Origin: a virus
Taxonomy: Duplodnaviria; Caudoviricetes
Length of the DNA stretch: 64,000 nucleotides
Virus record (IMG/VR): IMGVR_UViG_3300025735_000294
Coordinates: 25,860-89,859 of that record
Reading direction: 5' to 3' (one strand)
In this document: positions 36,059 to 45,012 of the stretch, one piece after another
Layout: each line of letters opens with the position of its first letter
How positions within the stretch are numbered: the stretch's first letter is position 1
Translations under genes and position numbers: made by a program
The notes under the pieces: generated by a model
Seen by the model: the letters and a program-made list of their open reading frames with translations, nothing else
What the model was told of the DNA's origin: nothing
Database searches by the model: none

Positions 36059-36598
36059 ATGGAGAGTGGTTTTAAGATGGCATTACATGGAAAGTTGATC
36101 CTGAATGGTGCAGATTATGCCCCCTTCAATCTCTATGGAGTTGGTGTGTTCATGGCTCACTCTGGACGGGGTTCATTTCGCAATAATTCATTCTGTGGGT
36201 CTGTTCCTAAGGATGGTCCTTTACCTCTAGGTAAGTATTGGATTGTAGATCGGCTTGAAGGCAACTGGCTTTCGCAAGCAGGTCTTGAATTAAAAGATGC
36301 AACTAGGCGTGGGCTTGGAATCAAGCAGTTCGGTAAATCAGACTGGTTTGCTTTGTGGCGAGATGATTTGGGTATTGACGACCACACATGGATCGATGGT
36401 GTAAAGCGGGGCAATTTTAGATTGCATCCAGGGCGCGTATCTGAGGGTTGCATAACGATTGCCCATGACTCTGATTTTGCGATGATAAAAACTGCTCTGA
36501 TGAATACTCCACCAATTCAGGTCCCATGCATGCGGTCCCTAATGGCCCGTGGATGGGTAGAGGTTGTTGATGGCGGCTTTCAAAACACTTGCCCGTAG
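36059..36598 (+). CDS. DUF2778/Tlde1-family protein (L,D-transpeptidase-fold T6SS effector)
   Basis: GPLPLGKYWIVDR and RGNFRLHPGRVSEGCITI (H-x4-S-x-G-C); upstream of hcp. Confidence 0.8.
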   Translation: MESGFKMALHGKLILNGADYAPFNLYGVGVFMAHSGRGSFRNNSFCGSVPKDGPLPLGKYWIVDRLEGNWLSQAGLELKDATRRGLGIKQFGKSDWFALWRDDLGIDDHTWIDGVKRGNFRLHPGRVSEGCITIAHDSDFAMIKTALMNTPPIQVPCMRSLMARGWVEVVDGGFQNTCP

Positions 36599-36845
36599 AG
36601 CATCAAAGACAGCCTTTTATATTGCACTTTCAATTGCCATAGGGCGAATATTTGGCCCCGTTGAATCATGGCTAAACATTGATTTTGTGCATAGCGCTGG
36701 AGAGGTTATTTATGGACCCGGAGATATGGGTGCAGATAATTTTTGGGACCTACTCTTTTACATCGACTTTCTTACAACTATGTCAATTACGACAATCGTC
36801 TATTTCGTAACAATGAAGTTAACTAATAAAATAAGGAACAAATAA
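36570..36845 (+). CDS. Small membrane protein, candidate immunity protein
   Basis: Two TM helices; overlaps the effector stop; GAGG RBS. Confidence 0.6.
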   Translation: MAAFKTLARRASKTAFYIALSIAIGRIFGPVESWLNIDFVHSAGEVIYGPGDMGADNFWDLLFYIDFLTTMSITTIVYFVTMKLTNKIRNK

Positions 36846-36846
36846 A

Positions 36847-37338
36847 ATGCCTATCCCTCCATATATGTGGCTTAAGGACGACGGTGGCGCAGACATCAAA
36901 GGGTCTGTAGATGTGCAAGATCGTGAAGGCAGCATTGAAATTATCGGCCTAAGTCACGGCATTAACCTTCCCGTAGATCACTCCAATGGAAAGATTACCG
37001 GCACTCGTCAGCACTCATCCATGAGAATCGAAAAAGAGGTTGATAGCTCCACACCATACCTCTACAAGGCGGCAGCAACAGGTCAAACACTCAAGAGCGC
37101 CGAAATAGGTTTCTATCACATTAACGATGCAGGGCAGGAAGTTTGCTATTACACCGTATTGATGGAGAACGTAAAAATCACAGGTGTTAATTGCAGCGTT
37201 CCCAACGTTAAACTGTCAGCCAATGATAAAATTAACCACGTTGAAAGCGTAAGCTTGCAGTACGAGAAGATCACCTGGCGGATTGTCGACGGGAATATCA
37301 TGTTTGCCGATGCATGGAATGAGCGTCCGACTGCGTAA
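36847..37338 (+). CDS. hcp: Orphan T6SS Hcp
   Basis: MPIPPYMWLKDDGG..IKGSV, G.R.H....IEKEVDSSTPYLY, E.VSL.YEKITW. Confidence 0.95.
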   Translation: MPIPPYMWLKDDGGADIKGSVDVQDREGSIEIIGLSHGINLPVDHSNGKITGTRQHSSMRIEKEVDSSTPYLYKAAATGQTLKSAEIGFYHINDAGQEVCYYTVLMENVKITGVNCSVPNVKLSANDKINHVESVSLQYEKITWRIVDGNIMFADAWNERPTA

Positions 37339-37626
37339 ATGAAATTTACCTCGTTGCTATTGGTTGTATCAAAGTACATCATTCGCGCCATTCTCACGTT
37401 TATCGTGTTCTTCTTCGCAAGCGTCATATTATCTGGCGTTATAGAATCGACAATTCCTGAAACGTGGATCAATTTCGTGCAAGATTACGGTAATTTCATG
37501 CAAGGAAGTGAAGGCTATTACGATGCGTGGGACTTGATCGCTTTTGTTATCACACTACCCGCAACCATGCTTATTACCTGGTTAACATTCCGTTTTTCTG
37601 GGTATCTGCCTTTCCTACGCCCTTAA
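37339..37626 (+). CDS. Small membrane protein
   Basis: Two TM helices, directly after the hcp stop; same architecture as 36570-36845. Confidence 0.6.
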   Translation: MKFTSLLLVVSKYIIRAILTFIVFFFASVILSGVIESTIPETWINFVQDYGNFMQGSEGYYDAWDLIAFVITLPATMLITWLTFRFSGYLPFLRP

Positions 37627-37711
37627 ACAAGCTGGTGGAGTATATCTCCACCAGCTTCATTCGATTACCTAACACTCACCTATACTTTCAGTCTAACCAC
37701 TGGAGGCTGCT

Positions 37712-38383
37712 ATGTGTGGACGCTTTGCCCAATCCATGACACGAGACGATTACCTTGCGCTGCTGGCTGATGAAGCAGATCGTGACATTCCATATGATCC
37801 GGCACCGATTGGCCGTTACAACGTGGCGCCGGGTACAAAGGTGCTGCTGCTAAACGAGCGTGACGAACAGCTGCACCTTGATCCGGTTCTATGGTCATAT
37901 GCCCCTGGCTGGTGGGATAAACAGCCGCTGATCAATGCCCGCGTTGAGACGGCGGCCACCAGCCGGATGTTTAAGCCATTATGGGACCACGGCCGGGCTA
38001 TTTGTTTTGCGGATGGCTGGTATGAATGGAAACGCACCGGCGACAAGAAACAGCCGTATTTCATTCACCGGGCCGACGGCCAGCCGATCTTTATGGCGGC
38101 GATCGGCAGCACGCCGTTCGAGCGCGGAGATGAAGCTGAAGGCTTCCTAATTGTGACGGCAGCCGCCGATAAAGGGCTGGTTGATATCCACGACCGGCGG
38201 CCACTGGTTTTCACCCCAGAGGCAGCTCGTGAATGGATGCGTCAGGACGTCGGCGGTAAAGAGGCCAGCGAGATAGCCAATGATGGCACTGTGTCGGCAG
38301 ATAAATTTGTATGGCACCCTGTGTCGCCAGCTGTGGGGAATGTCAGGAATCAGGGGCCTGAATTAATCGAACCGGTTACTTAA
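37712..38383 (+). CDS. yedK: SOS response-associated peptidase SRAP (YedK/HMCES family)
   Basis: N-terminal MCGRF; RYNVAPG, INAR.ET, ADGWYEW, IHDRRP. Confidence 0.95.
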   Translation: MCGRFAQSMTRDDYLALLADEADRDIPYDPAPIGRYNVAPGTKVLLLNERDEQLHLDPVLWSYAPGWWDKQPLINARVETAATSRMFKPLWDHGRAICFADGWYEWKRTGDKKQPYFIHRADGQPIFMAAIGSTPFERGDEAEGFLIVTAAADKGLVDIHDRRPLVFTPEAAREWMRQDVGGKEASEIANDGTVSADKFVWHPVSPAVGNVRNQGPELIEPVT

Positions 38384-39641
38384 CGCGTAATAGGTCCGAA
38401 AATCGTGTGGTGTAGCGCGGCGACAACATCTCACGTTTCATCTGCCATTGCTGCTGGATGCCCTGTCCGGCGAAATAGAGTGTGCCCTTGCCTCCCTTTG
38501 CATTTAGCTGATCCAAAATCTGCATGAGCCGTTCGCTATCCTTGCGCGGTGCGTTCTCGTCAAAGAGGTTTAGCTGCGCCACACCCTGGCTGTAGAAGTC
38601 ACCCAGCATGACCCCTGCTTTCGCGTATCGATGGCCGTCCTTCCAGATTACGTCCAGGCACTTAACCGCTGCGTCGATAATGTCTCGGCTATCCTGAGTC
38701 GGCGTTAACAGCCGGTGGGAAACGCTATTGCCGTAATACGGTTCATTCGTGGCGAATGGCGAGGTCTTCACGAACGCTGATATGTGACGGCAATACTGAT
38801 GCTCTCCGCGTAGCTTTGCGGCTGCGCGGGCCGCGTGGCTGCATATCGCCTGGCGCATCTGTTCGTATTCCGTTACACGTTCACCAAAGGAGCGAGAACA
38901 GACGATCTCCTGTTTTACCGGCGCGAACTCCTCCAGCTCCAGGCAGGGTTCGCCGCGCAGCTCCCGCACGGTACGTTCCAGCACAACGTTGAAGTGCTTC
39001 CGGATCACCGCTATATGCGTGTCAGCGAGGTCCAGAGCGGTTTTAATGCCCATGGCTTCCAGTTTCTTACTGATACGCCTACCAACGCCCCAGACCTCAT
39101 CTACGGGTAACAGGGCCATAAGCTTTCGCTGACGATCGACGTTTGACAGGTCCACTACGCCGCCGGTGGCCTTCCAGGTCTTGGCAGCGTGATTTGCCAG
39201 CTTCGCTAAAGTCTTGGTTTGCGCTATCCCCACTCCTACGGCCAAACCGGTATTACGGTATACGGCATCCTTCAGCTCGCGCCCGAACTCCACCAGCACC
39301 CGGCAATTCCGAACACCAGTCAGATCACAAAAGGCTTCGTCGATTGAGTAAATTTCAACGCGGGGAGACATCTCCTCCAGGGTTGTCATGACGCGCTGGC
39401 TCATATCAGCATACAACTCATAGTTTGAACTGAAGCAGACCACACCCTGCTGGCGAAAGTAGTCCTTACACTTGAAATACGGATCTCCCATCTTAATGCC
39501 AAGTTTTTTGGCCTCGGCAGAACGAGCGATCACACAGCCGTCATTGTTGGAAAGGACGACAACAGGCTTACCCCACAGATCTGGCCTAAATGTCGTCTCA
39601 CAGCTGGCATAAAATGAGTTGACGTCAACGAGAGCAAACAT
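38376..39641 (-). CDS. umuC: Y-family DNA polymerase V catalytic subunit
   Basis: MFALVDVNSFYASCE, VLSNNDGC, YSIDEAF, W.MKREMLSPRYTT. Confidence 0.96.
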   Translation of the reverse strand: MFALVDVNSFYASCETTFRPDLWGKPVVVLSNNDGCVIARSAEAKKLGIKMGDPYFKCKDYFRQQGVVCFSSNYELYADMSQRVMTTLEEMSPRVEIYSIDEAFCDLTGVRNCRVLVEFGRELKDAVYRNTGLAVGVGIAQTKTLAKLANHAAKTWKATGGVVDLSNVDRQRKLMALLPVDEVWGVGRRISKKLEAMGIKTALDLADTHIAVIRKHFNVVLERTVRELRGEPCLELEEFAPVKQEIVCSRSFGERVTEYEQMRQAICSHAARAAAKLRGEHQYCRHISAFVKTSPFATNEPYYGNSVSHRLLTPTQDSRDIIDAAVKCLDVIWKDGHRYAKAGVMLGDFYSQGVAQLNLFDENAPRKDSERLMQILDQLNAKGGKGTLYFAGQGIQQQWQMKREMLSPRYTTRFSDLLRVK

Positions 39642-39691
39642 GACGGCCGCTCTGAAAGATTAACACCATAGATATCTCCATCATTAATACA

Positions 39692-39707
39692 CTGGATGCA
39701 CATACAG
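39692..39707 (-). promoter_or_regulatory. LexA (SOS) box upstream of umuC
   Basis: CTGTATGTGCATCCAG on the minus strand, 50 bp upstream of umuC. Confidence 0.75.
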
Positions 39708-39868
39708 TATAACGAGACAGGAGCGTTGATCTAGTTCGTAAGCAAAATTTCAGGCTGGTGGGGGCGCAAGCGCTCATAATCACAGAATCATAAAATTATA
39801 AAATTATATGATTCTGTGATTATATGAAGAGGGGGAGGTGACACGTTAGAATGGTTTCAAGCGCGTTT

Positions 39869-40165
39869 TTATTCAACGGCGATGTGAATGTCGAATACAT
39901 AAAGATCCCTTCGGACCTCATCGATATTCATCCTTTTCACCACTTTATCATCGCCACAATTGCAAGCGCACTCTGCAAAGTAAAAAGCGGAATCCAGCTT
40001 GTCCTTAAGATATTCTTCAATAACCTCTATAAGAGAAGCCCTAAGCTGAAGACCTTCATTGATACGCAGCTTCAGCTCTTCTTCAGAGGAAGCGTTTGCT
40101 ATATTCAATACTGCTTTTTCAATGGCTTCACGCTGCTGCTGGGTAATCTTATTCGTTATTGTCAT
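39869..40165 (-). CDS. Hypothetical protein
   Basis: 98 aa, overlapping the hot stop. Confidence 0.65.
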   Translation of the reverse strand: MTITNKITQQQREAIEKAVLNIANASSEEELKLRINEGLQLRASLIEVIEEYLKDKLDSAFYFAECACNCGDDKVVKRMNIDEVRRDLYVFDIHIAVE

Positions 40166-40413
40166 TGCTTCCCTTCGTCTTGTTTGATGTAAACAGGATC
40201 ATTCCCCTTCGGCAACGTTACTGAACGTTCGCGATAAAAACGAAGTCGCTCCATAAAATATTCTCGGTATTGCTCAGGCTGTTCCCTGGCCACCTGCTCC
40301 GCGATGATTGGTATATTCATACGCTCTTTGTAGGCTACGCCAGATGCGGCCAGATCGACATTAACTTTATCGCGCTCTTCTTGGGACTTTGCAGCAATGT
40401 TCCACTCTGACAT
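40162..40413 (-). CDS. hot: DNA polymerase III theta subunit homologue (P1 Hot)
   Basis: [42 protein letters not shown]. Confidence 0.95.
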   Translation of the reverse strand: MSEWNIAAKSQEERDKVNVDLAASGVAYKERMNIPIIAEQVAREQPEQYREYFMERLRFYRERSVTLPKGNDPVYIKQDEGKQ

Positions 40414-40460
40414 ATGGCCTCCAGCAACACTCTACGTTTTTCTAAGGTATCTTGGCCCGG

Positions 40461-40634
40461 TTATCGAAGGTGCCTAGTATTCAGTAATGCCATCTCTTGC
40501 TGACAAAGCATGACGACAGCCTGACGACCTTTGACTCGCTGGCTTGTCAGATAGCGCTTCACATGTTTGCGGTCGATACCAGTTTCCAGCATGTCAAAGG
40601 CTCGCTGTTTGAGGGCATTGTTATTATTAGCCAT
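40461..40634 (-). CDS. Small hypothetical protein, 57 aa, missing from the ORF track
   Basis: MANNNNALKQRAFDMLETGIDRKHVKRYL...; GGAG RBS. Confidence 0.5.
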   Translation of the reverse strand: MANNNNALKQRAFDMLETGIDRKHVKRYLTSQRVKGRQAVVMLCQQEMALLNTRHLR

Positions 40635-40714
40635 AATTTTCTCCGTTCTCTCTGCTTATCGTGTAATCAGGCAGTCTAGCCTGTCCTTCACTAATTTAAT
40701 TGCTGCACCGGCTA

Positions 40715-40912
40715 TTACGCTTCATCACACACTTTATCCATGTGCTTCTGTATCCACTCACTTAGAGTCAAGCCTTCGGCGTTCGCCTGAGTGACGTACT
40801 GGTTTTTGCGCTTTGGTGTAACACGCATTCGGATCATCGCCGTTGCCGGTTCGTCGCCCTTCATTGAATTAAGAGCGCGTGGGTCGCGTTCTTGTTCGCT
40901 TTCTTTAGCCAT
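40715..40912 (-). CDS. Small ribbon-helix-helix-like protein
   Basis: IRMRVTPKRKNQYV.QA..EGLTLSEWI pattern. Confidence 0.6.
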   Translation of the reverse strand: MAKESEQERDPRALNSMKGDEPATAMIRMRVTPKRKNQYVTQANAEGLTLSEWIQKHMDKVCDEA

Positions 40913-41123
40913 AATTTATCTGTATGGAAAGTGATATCAGCAGGGATATTACAACAGGATTAGTTAAAGCCCCAACCGGGGCTAGTCCTTGCTGATGTAG
41001 TTCAGTGCGATGACACCAATGTAGATTCCGAATGCAACAATCGGGAATAGGTTGGTGAGGGTGTTTACTTCGTCGCGGCTATAACAGGCTGGTCGTTTCT
41101 TTTTCTCGATTACCGGGCTGGCA

Positions 41124-41534
41124 TCATTTAGACATCTCCCAGCGGCGAACAACGCCAATCCAGTTAGAACCCAAGGCAAACTTCATCGTTTCATTTACCG
41201 CTTCACCAATGCTTATGATGGAATCGCCCTCTTTCATGAATTGGCGCATCCTGCTGCGTTCTTCTCGTTCGTTGATCTGATTGTTGGGTATCACATACCA
41301 GAATGATGCTGCAAGCGGATTGAATGTGGTTTTAGGCTGAATGTCGCAAACATGCATTGCATAGCCACCGTCACGGCGTTTGATAATCAGGTGGGGCATG
41401 AATTGGGGGATGTTACTACCGATAGAGACAAGCTCGTTAATGTCCAGCGCTTCGGCGTGGATAGCGTCCATAGCCATTGACGCGCATTCGCGTGCGGTGT
41501 TAGCCAGTGCCTTGGTGTTTTGTTTAGTGGTCAT
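41124..41534 (-). CDS. Hypothetical phage protein
   Basis: 136 aa ORF with an RBS in the leftward early region. Confidence 0.6.
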   Translation of the reverse strand: MTTKQNTKALANTARECASMAMDAIHAEALDINELVSIGSNIPQFMPHLIIKRRDGGYAMHVCDIQPKTTFNPLAASFWYVIPNNQINEREERSRMRQFMKEGDSIISIGEAVNETMKFALGSNWIGVVRRWEMSK

Positions 41535-41693
41535 CAGAGGAGTCCTTTCGCTTACCTATTGCCCGGGCCCGCCGGGGCGGGTTGCCACTGTTTCGTGACA
41601 ACAAGAGCATTATGCCCTTATTTGATTGTGGCCACAAGCAAATAGTTCGAAGAGTTGAAAATAAAATCCCTGACATCTGCCAGGGATTGAATC

Positions 41694-42119
41694 TTAACGA
41701 AGCCGGATTCGTTGACCTGGCATTATTAAACTAGGATTCCTGAGTTCAGGATTGAGTTCCACCAGCCGCTTAAAGAGGTCAGCATCCCCTAAGTAACGAA
41801 GAGCAATAGCAGTCAACGTATCCCCTTCTGCAACGGTATGGAATGCTGGTGGCTCGTTATTACGCATCCGTAACTGGATCTCACATTTGAAGCCTTGGCC
41901 GCATCCCTGATCGCGCTTTTCAACTGTCAGCACGTAACTGTCCCAGTCCTCCAGTTTGTAATGCGCTTTAATCGCTTCAAGGATTTCAGTTTCGTCGAGC
42001 TTCAGTACACGCTCTCGGGTTGTTGTTTCATGAAGATGCATTTTTCCCTCTGTCACTATCGTCCCGGCACCGTGGGCACCGGTTATCTGCAAAATATGGA
42101 AAGCTGCTATCCAGCTCAT
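41694..42119 (-). CDS. LysM-domain protein (true start may be ~42032)
   Basis: C-terminal HTVAEGDTLTAIALRYLG....LVELNPEL.NP.LI.PGQRIRL. Confidence 0.8.
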   Translation of the reverse strand: MSWIAAFHILQITGAHGAGTIVTEGKMHLHETTTRERVLKLDETEILEAIKAHYKLEDWDSYVLTVEKRDQGCGQGFKCEIQLRMRNNEPPAFHTVAEGDTLTAIALRYLGDADLFKRLVELNPELRNPSLIMPGQRIRLR

Positions 42120-42348
42120 CTACCCACTGCTTATGGTCATAGCAGTAGAAAACCTCCCAGGGCATACCAAACTCTTCCATCCATTCGCGTACCGGCATGC
42201 TGATCTGAATTGGGGGGATCGTGCTCTGAGAGGTGGAGTAACAATTCAGCCTGGCTGTGAGCTCTTCAACCTCCCGTTTTAGCCTGGCTATTTGCTGAAG
42301 ATGCAGGCGGCGTTCGCGGGCCAGCTTGAAATAAAGCTCACCGGTCAT
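42028..42348 (-). CDS. Hypothetical protein (P1 PmgV-like)
   Basis: GELYFKLARERR.HL..I and WMEEFGMPWEVFYCYDHKQWVDELD resemble a P1 early gene, recalled from memory. Confidence 0.55.
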   Translation of the reverse strand: MTGELYFKLARERRLHLQQIARLKREVEELTARLNCYSTSQSTIPPIQISMPVREWMEEFGMPWEVFYCYDHKQWVDELDSSFPYFADNRCPRCRDDSDRGKNASS

Positions 42349-42598
42349 CTTTAACGTCCATGTCCGGGCTTTCTGGCCACTCTGGATCACGATTGGCAGC
42401 GTTGTACCATTCTCGCTGTGCCTGGCGGTCGCTACTGCATGGCGGCTCCGTTTTGGACCAGCGTCCTACCCACCAGTATTCCCCGTTGCTATGCTCGGCT
42501 GTACCGCACACAGAGCAAATGAAAACAGCTCCAGTTGAAGACCAGTAATATTGATGGCCGTGGGCGTTTAGCACCCTTTCCGTGGCGTTACGTGCCAT
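42338..42598 (-). CDS. Small Zn-ribbon-like protein (P1 PmgU-like)
   Basis: HGHQYYWSS....CSVCGTAEH.NGEYWW.GRWSKTEPPC. Confidence 0.55.
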   Translation of the reverse strand: MARNATERVLNAHGHQYYWSSTGAVFICSVCGTAEHSNGEYWWVGRWSKTEPPCSSDRQAQREWYNAANRDPEWPESPDMDVKDDR

Positions 42599-42696
42599 TT
42601 TGCAAAATCCTTAGTTGGCATAAACCGCATTAAGTACGTTCGTTACAAGGAAAAGAGCAAGGCATAAAGCCAAAAGCCATGCTGGTGGTAGCCCCC

Positions 42697-43512
42697 TCAT
42701 GTGTTGACCTCCTGCTGCGGTGCTGCTGGCAGTGGCATCCAGTGGGTTGGAGTCCATGATGCGCTATACACCGTCCATTTTCCTGCCAAGTAATAACCAA
42801 CCTTTTGGCGCCAATCGCCTGGACCATCGAATTCTTTGGCACACAAAACTTCATCCGCTTTCTCAGGCATCCGCTCACTGCAAGCCACCCAACCATCTGA
42901 TATTACTGGGATGCTGGTTTTAGCGGCTACGCAAAAACCATCCGGAATCACCGGAGAGTTGCTGCTGAGCGACTCGGCATTATTTGATAAAGAATCCAGT
43001 GCTGGAGCGGTCTGGATGCTGTTGAGCGACTCGGCGTTTTCGGCATCATGAAGCATGGCGTCGCGCTCGATTCCATCCAGTGCGATGCGCAACGCTTGGA
43101 TTGCCACCATGTCGCCAGGCAGCGTGCCGTAACGCTCGAAGCAATCCAACAGGTTACGCATGATTTGCGGAGTCAGCTCTTTGTACGCATGCGCCAGCGG
43201 GCCGGAAACATCATTCGGCACTCCCGGCGCTGGCGGGGCGGTGACATTAGCGAATGCTGCACGTAATCCGGTCTTAATTTCCTCTACTTCATCAGCACCC
43301 AGCGATGAATCAGACAACGCATGATGGAATGCGTAAGCCATATTGTCATTGATAGCCACAGGCTCATCTTCGAGCGATGCCAGCGCGATTTCAGCCAGGC
43401 GCAAAGATAATGCCATGGCTTCAGATTGGGGCATCAGTTCGAGCCGCTCGCGGAAAAAATCCACATTTTCTTTTGCTTTTTCGCTTAACTGCTCTTTGGT
43501 GAATGTGGTCAT
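42697..43512 (-). CDS. Eaa/DUF551-family protein
   Basis: MTTFTKEQL N-terminus; C-terminal WV.CSERMPE...THWMPLPAAPQQE. Confidence 0.85.
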   Translation of the reverse strand: MTTFTKEQLSEKAKENVDFFRERLELMPQSEAMALSLRLAEIALASLEDEPVAINDNMAYAFHHALSDSSLGADEVEEIKTGLRAAFANVTAPPAPGVPNDVSGPLAHAYKELTPQIMRNLLDCFERYGTLPGDMVAIQALRIALDGIERDAMLHDAENAESLNSIQTAPALDSLSNNAESLSSNSPVIPDGFCVAAKTSIPVISDGWVACSERMPEKADEVLCAKEFDGPGDWRQKVGYYLAGKWTVYSASWTPTHWMPLPAAPQQEVNT

Positions 43513-43874
43513 GCTGTCGCTCCTTCCTGATACTGTTCGAACCAGAACACAACTGGGTCGGGCTTCATCTCAACCAGCCCCATGCGAACCAGCGCCTTTC
43601 CTTTTCCCGACCGGAGAAATTCCCTGCGGCCATCATCGATAATGCGGCGGTAATCATCCAGGCTATTGCAGTGCTTGTGCAGGTTGCATGGGTGGCAGGC
43701 CGGGACCAGATTGTCGATGTCATCGCGCTCCTGGTGGAGCATCTGTCCTTCAAAACGAATAACCGGCTTAACATGGTCCGCGTGCCACTTCTCGCCCAGT
43801 TCGCAGCCACAGTAAGCACAGCGACCGCCAAACTTTTCACGCAGCGCAGCACGCTGTTTTTTGGTCAGCGCCAT
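43509..43874 (-). CDS. HNH endonuclease
   Basis: GRCAYCG...W.ADHV.P....NLVPAC.PCN..K. Confidence 0.9.
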   Translation of the reverse strand: MALTKKQRAALREKFGGRCAYCGCELGEKWHADHVKPVIRFEGQMLHQERDDIDNLVPACHPCNLHKHCNSLDDYRRIIDDGRREFLRSGKGKALVRMGLVEMKPDPVVFWFEQYQEGATA

Positions 43875-43875
43875 A

Positions 43876-44271
43876 TCACTCTCCTTTGGTGGTGATGCCA
43901 GCAGCAGCGGCTTTTTGAATCTCAAGCTCGGCCTCTTCGATAACTTCCAGGCGTATCTGCCCAAAGTCATCGTATTGCCTTAGCGCCATGGCCAGCGAAC
44001 AGAGTAAGTTCTCAGCCAGCTTCTCTGCGGACTCAGCGCGGTCGGTTGCGGAAATCATTGTCGCCTCAACGTCCTTTAACCACTTCTCCTGCTTCGCGAT
44101 GATGTCCGCCTGATTAGCAACCCGCCTCTCTGCGGCTTCCCGCTCATCCAGCAGCGCCAGCACTTCTTCTGGTGTGACTATTTCAGCCCAATAGTCTGAC
44201 GTTGAACCCTCTGAACGAAATCTTGATTCTTCTAACGCCGCTTCACGCAGTGCCTGCTTATTCGTTGTCAT
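43876..44271 (-). CDS. Ead/Ea22-like protein
   Basis: MTTNKQALREAA N-terminus and P..VLALLDERE motif. Confidence 0.75.
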   Translation of the reverse strand: MTTNKQALREAALEESRFRSEGSTSDYWAEIVTPEEVLALLDEREAAERRVANQADIIAKQEKWLKDVEATMISATDRAESAEKLAENLLCSLAMALRQYDDFGQIRLEVIEEAELEIQKAAAAGITTKGE

Positions 44272-44581
44272 GCTCGATCTCCTTCACGTCCTTGTCGCCA
44301 TTAACCCATCCTTCCTGGAAATCGATATCCCCAGGTGTTACGCAACGCGCAGCATGCTGAACATCGCTCCAGTTCATGTTGTTTGAGGCCCAGTCTTCGA
44401 TTTCAAAATCATCAGAGCGGAATAGCGGTAGGGTGTCCTCTGCCAGGCTACGATTAACATCAGCCCCAAACTCTTTGGCGTAATAGTCTGCGCGGTTGGT
44501 GGCAATCAACTGGACCGGTACAGCCCAAACACTCCCGTCTGGCATCGTAATGTGAAGCTCTTTGCTGATTACTGTGCTCAT
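44258..44581 (-). CDS. Conserved hypothetical phage protein
   Basis: MPDGSVWAVPV..IA.NRA.YYA, EIEDWASNNMNWSDV. Confidence 0.75.
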   Translation of the reverse strand: MSTVISKELHITMPDGSVWAVPVQLIATNRADYYAKEFGADVNRSLAEDTLPLFRSDDFEIEDWASNNMNWSDVQHAARCVTPGDIDFQEGWVNGDKDVKEIEHDNE

Positions 44582-45012
44582 GCTGCACCTCCCTGGCGAA
44601 GTTTTGCGGCGAACTCTTCCGCGCCCATGGCGATCATTTTGCAAACTGACGCTTCGTTATCGTTTGTGCGCAGATGATCAGCAAACCTCTCCACACCCTT
44701 GGCCTGAGCTTCAGCCAGGAAAGCTTCGGTCGCTGGGGTTTTGATGTCGACCAGCATTCGGACGCTTTCGACGTTCTCCGGATCGGTTGATTGCTGCCAT
44801 CCGATAGTTGCATCAATCGCAGCTTTCAGGCCCGCATTCTCCACAGCCAGCTGCGCCAGCACTCTCTGAGATTCTTTAAGCCGGGATTTCAACGATGTTA
44901 CTTCGATACAGTAATCGTCATACTCGACCATAGAGCCTTCAACGTTTTCTACGATGTCGCAATGACAAGTATTTACATCACAGGATTCCCATTTGAAGCG
45001 TTTAATGCTCAT
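44578..45012 (-). CDS. Eae-like hypothetical phage protein
   Basis: LAVENAGLK, KTPATEAFLAE..A.GVE.FA. Confidence 0.7.
   Translation of the reverse strand: MSIKRFKWESCDVNTCHCDIVENVEGSMVEYDDYCIEVTSLKSRLKESQRVLAQLAVENAGLKAAIDATIGWQQSTDPENVESVRMLVDIKTPATEAFLAEAQAKGVERFADHLRTNDNEASVCKMIAMGAEEFAAKLRQGGAA

Noticed and set aside
40982-41179. 65 aa minus-strand ORF
   Set aside because: It overlaps 41124-41534 by 56 bp and its start is unclear; there may be a shorter membrane peptide, but support is too weak
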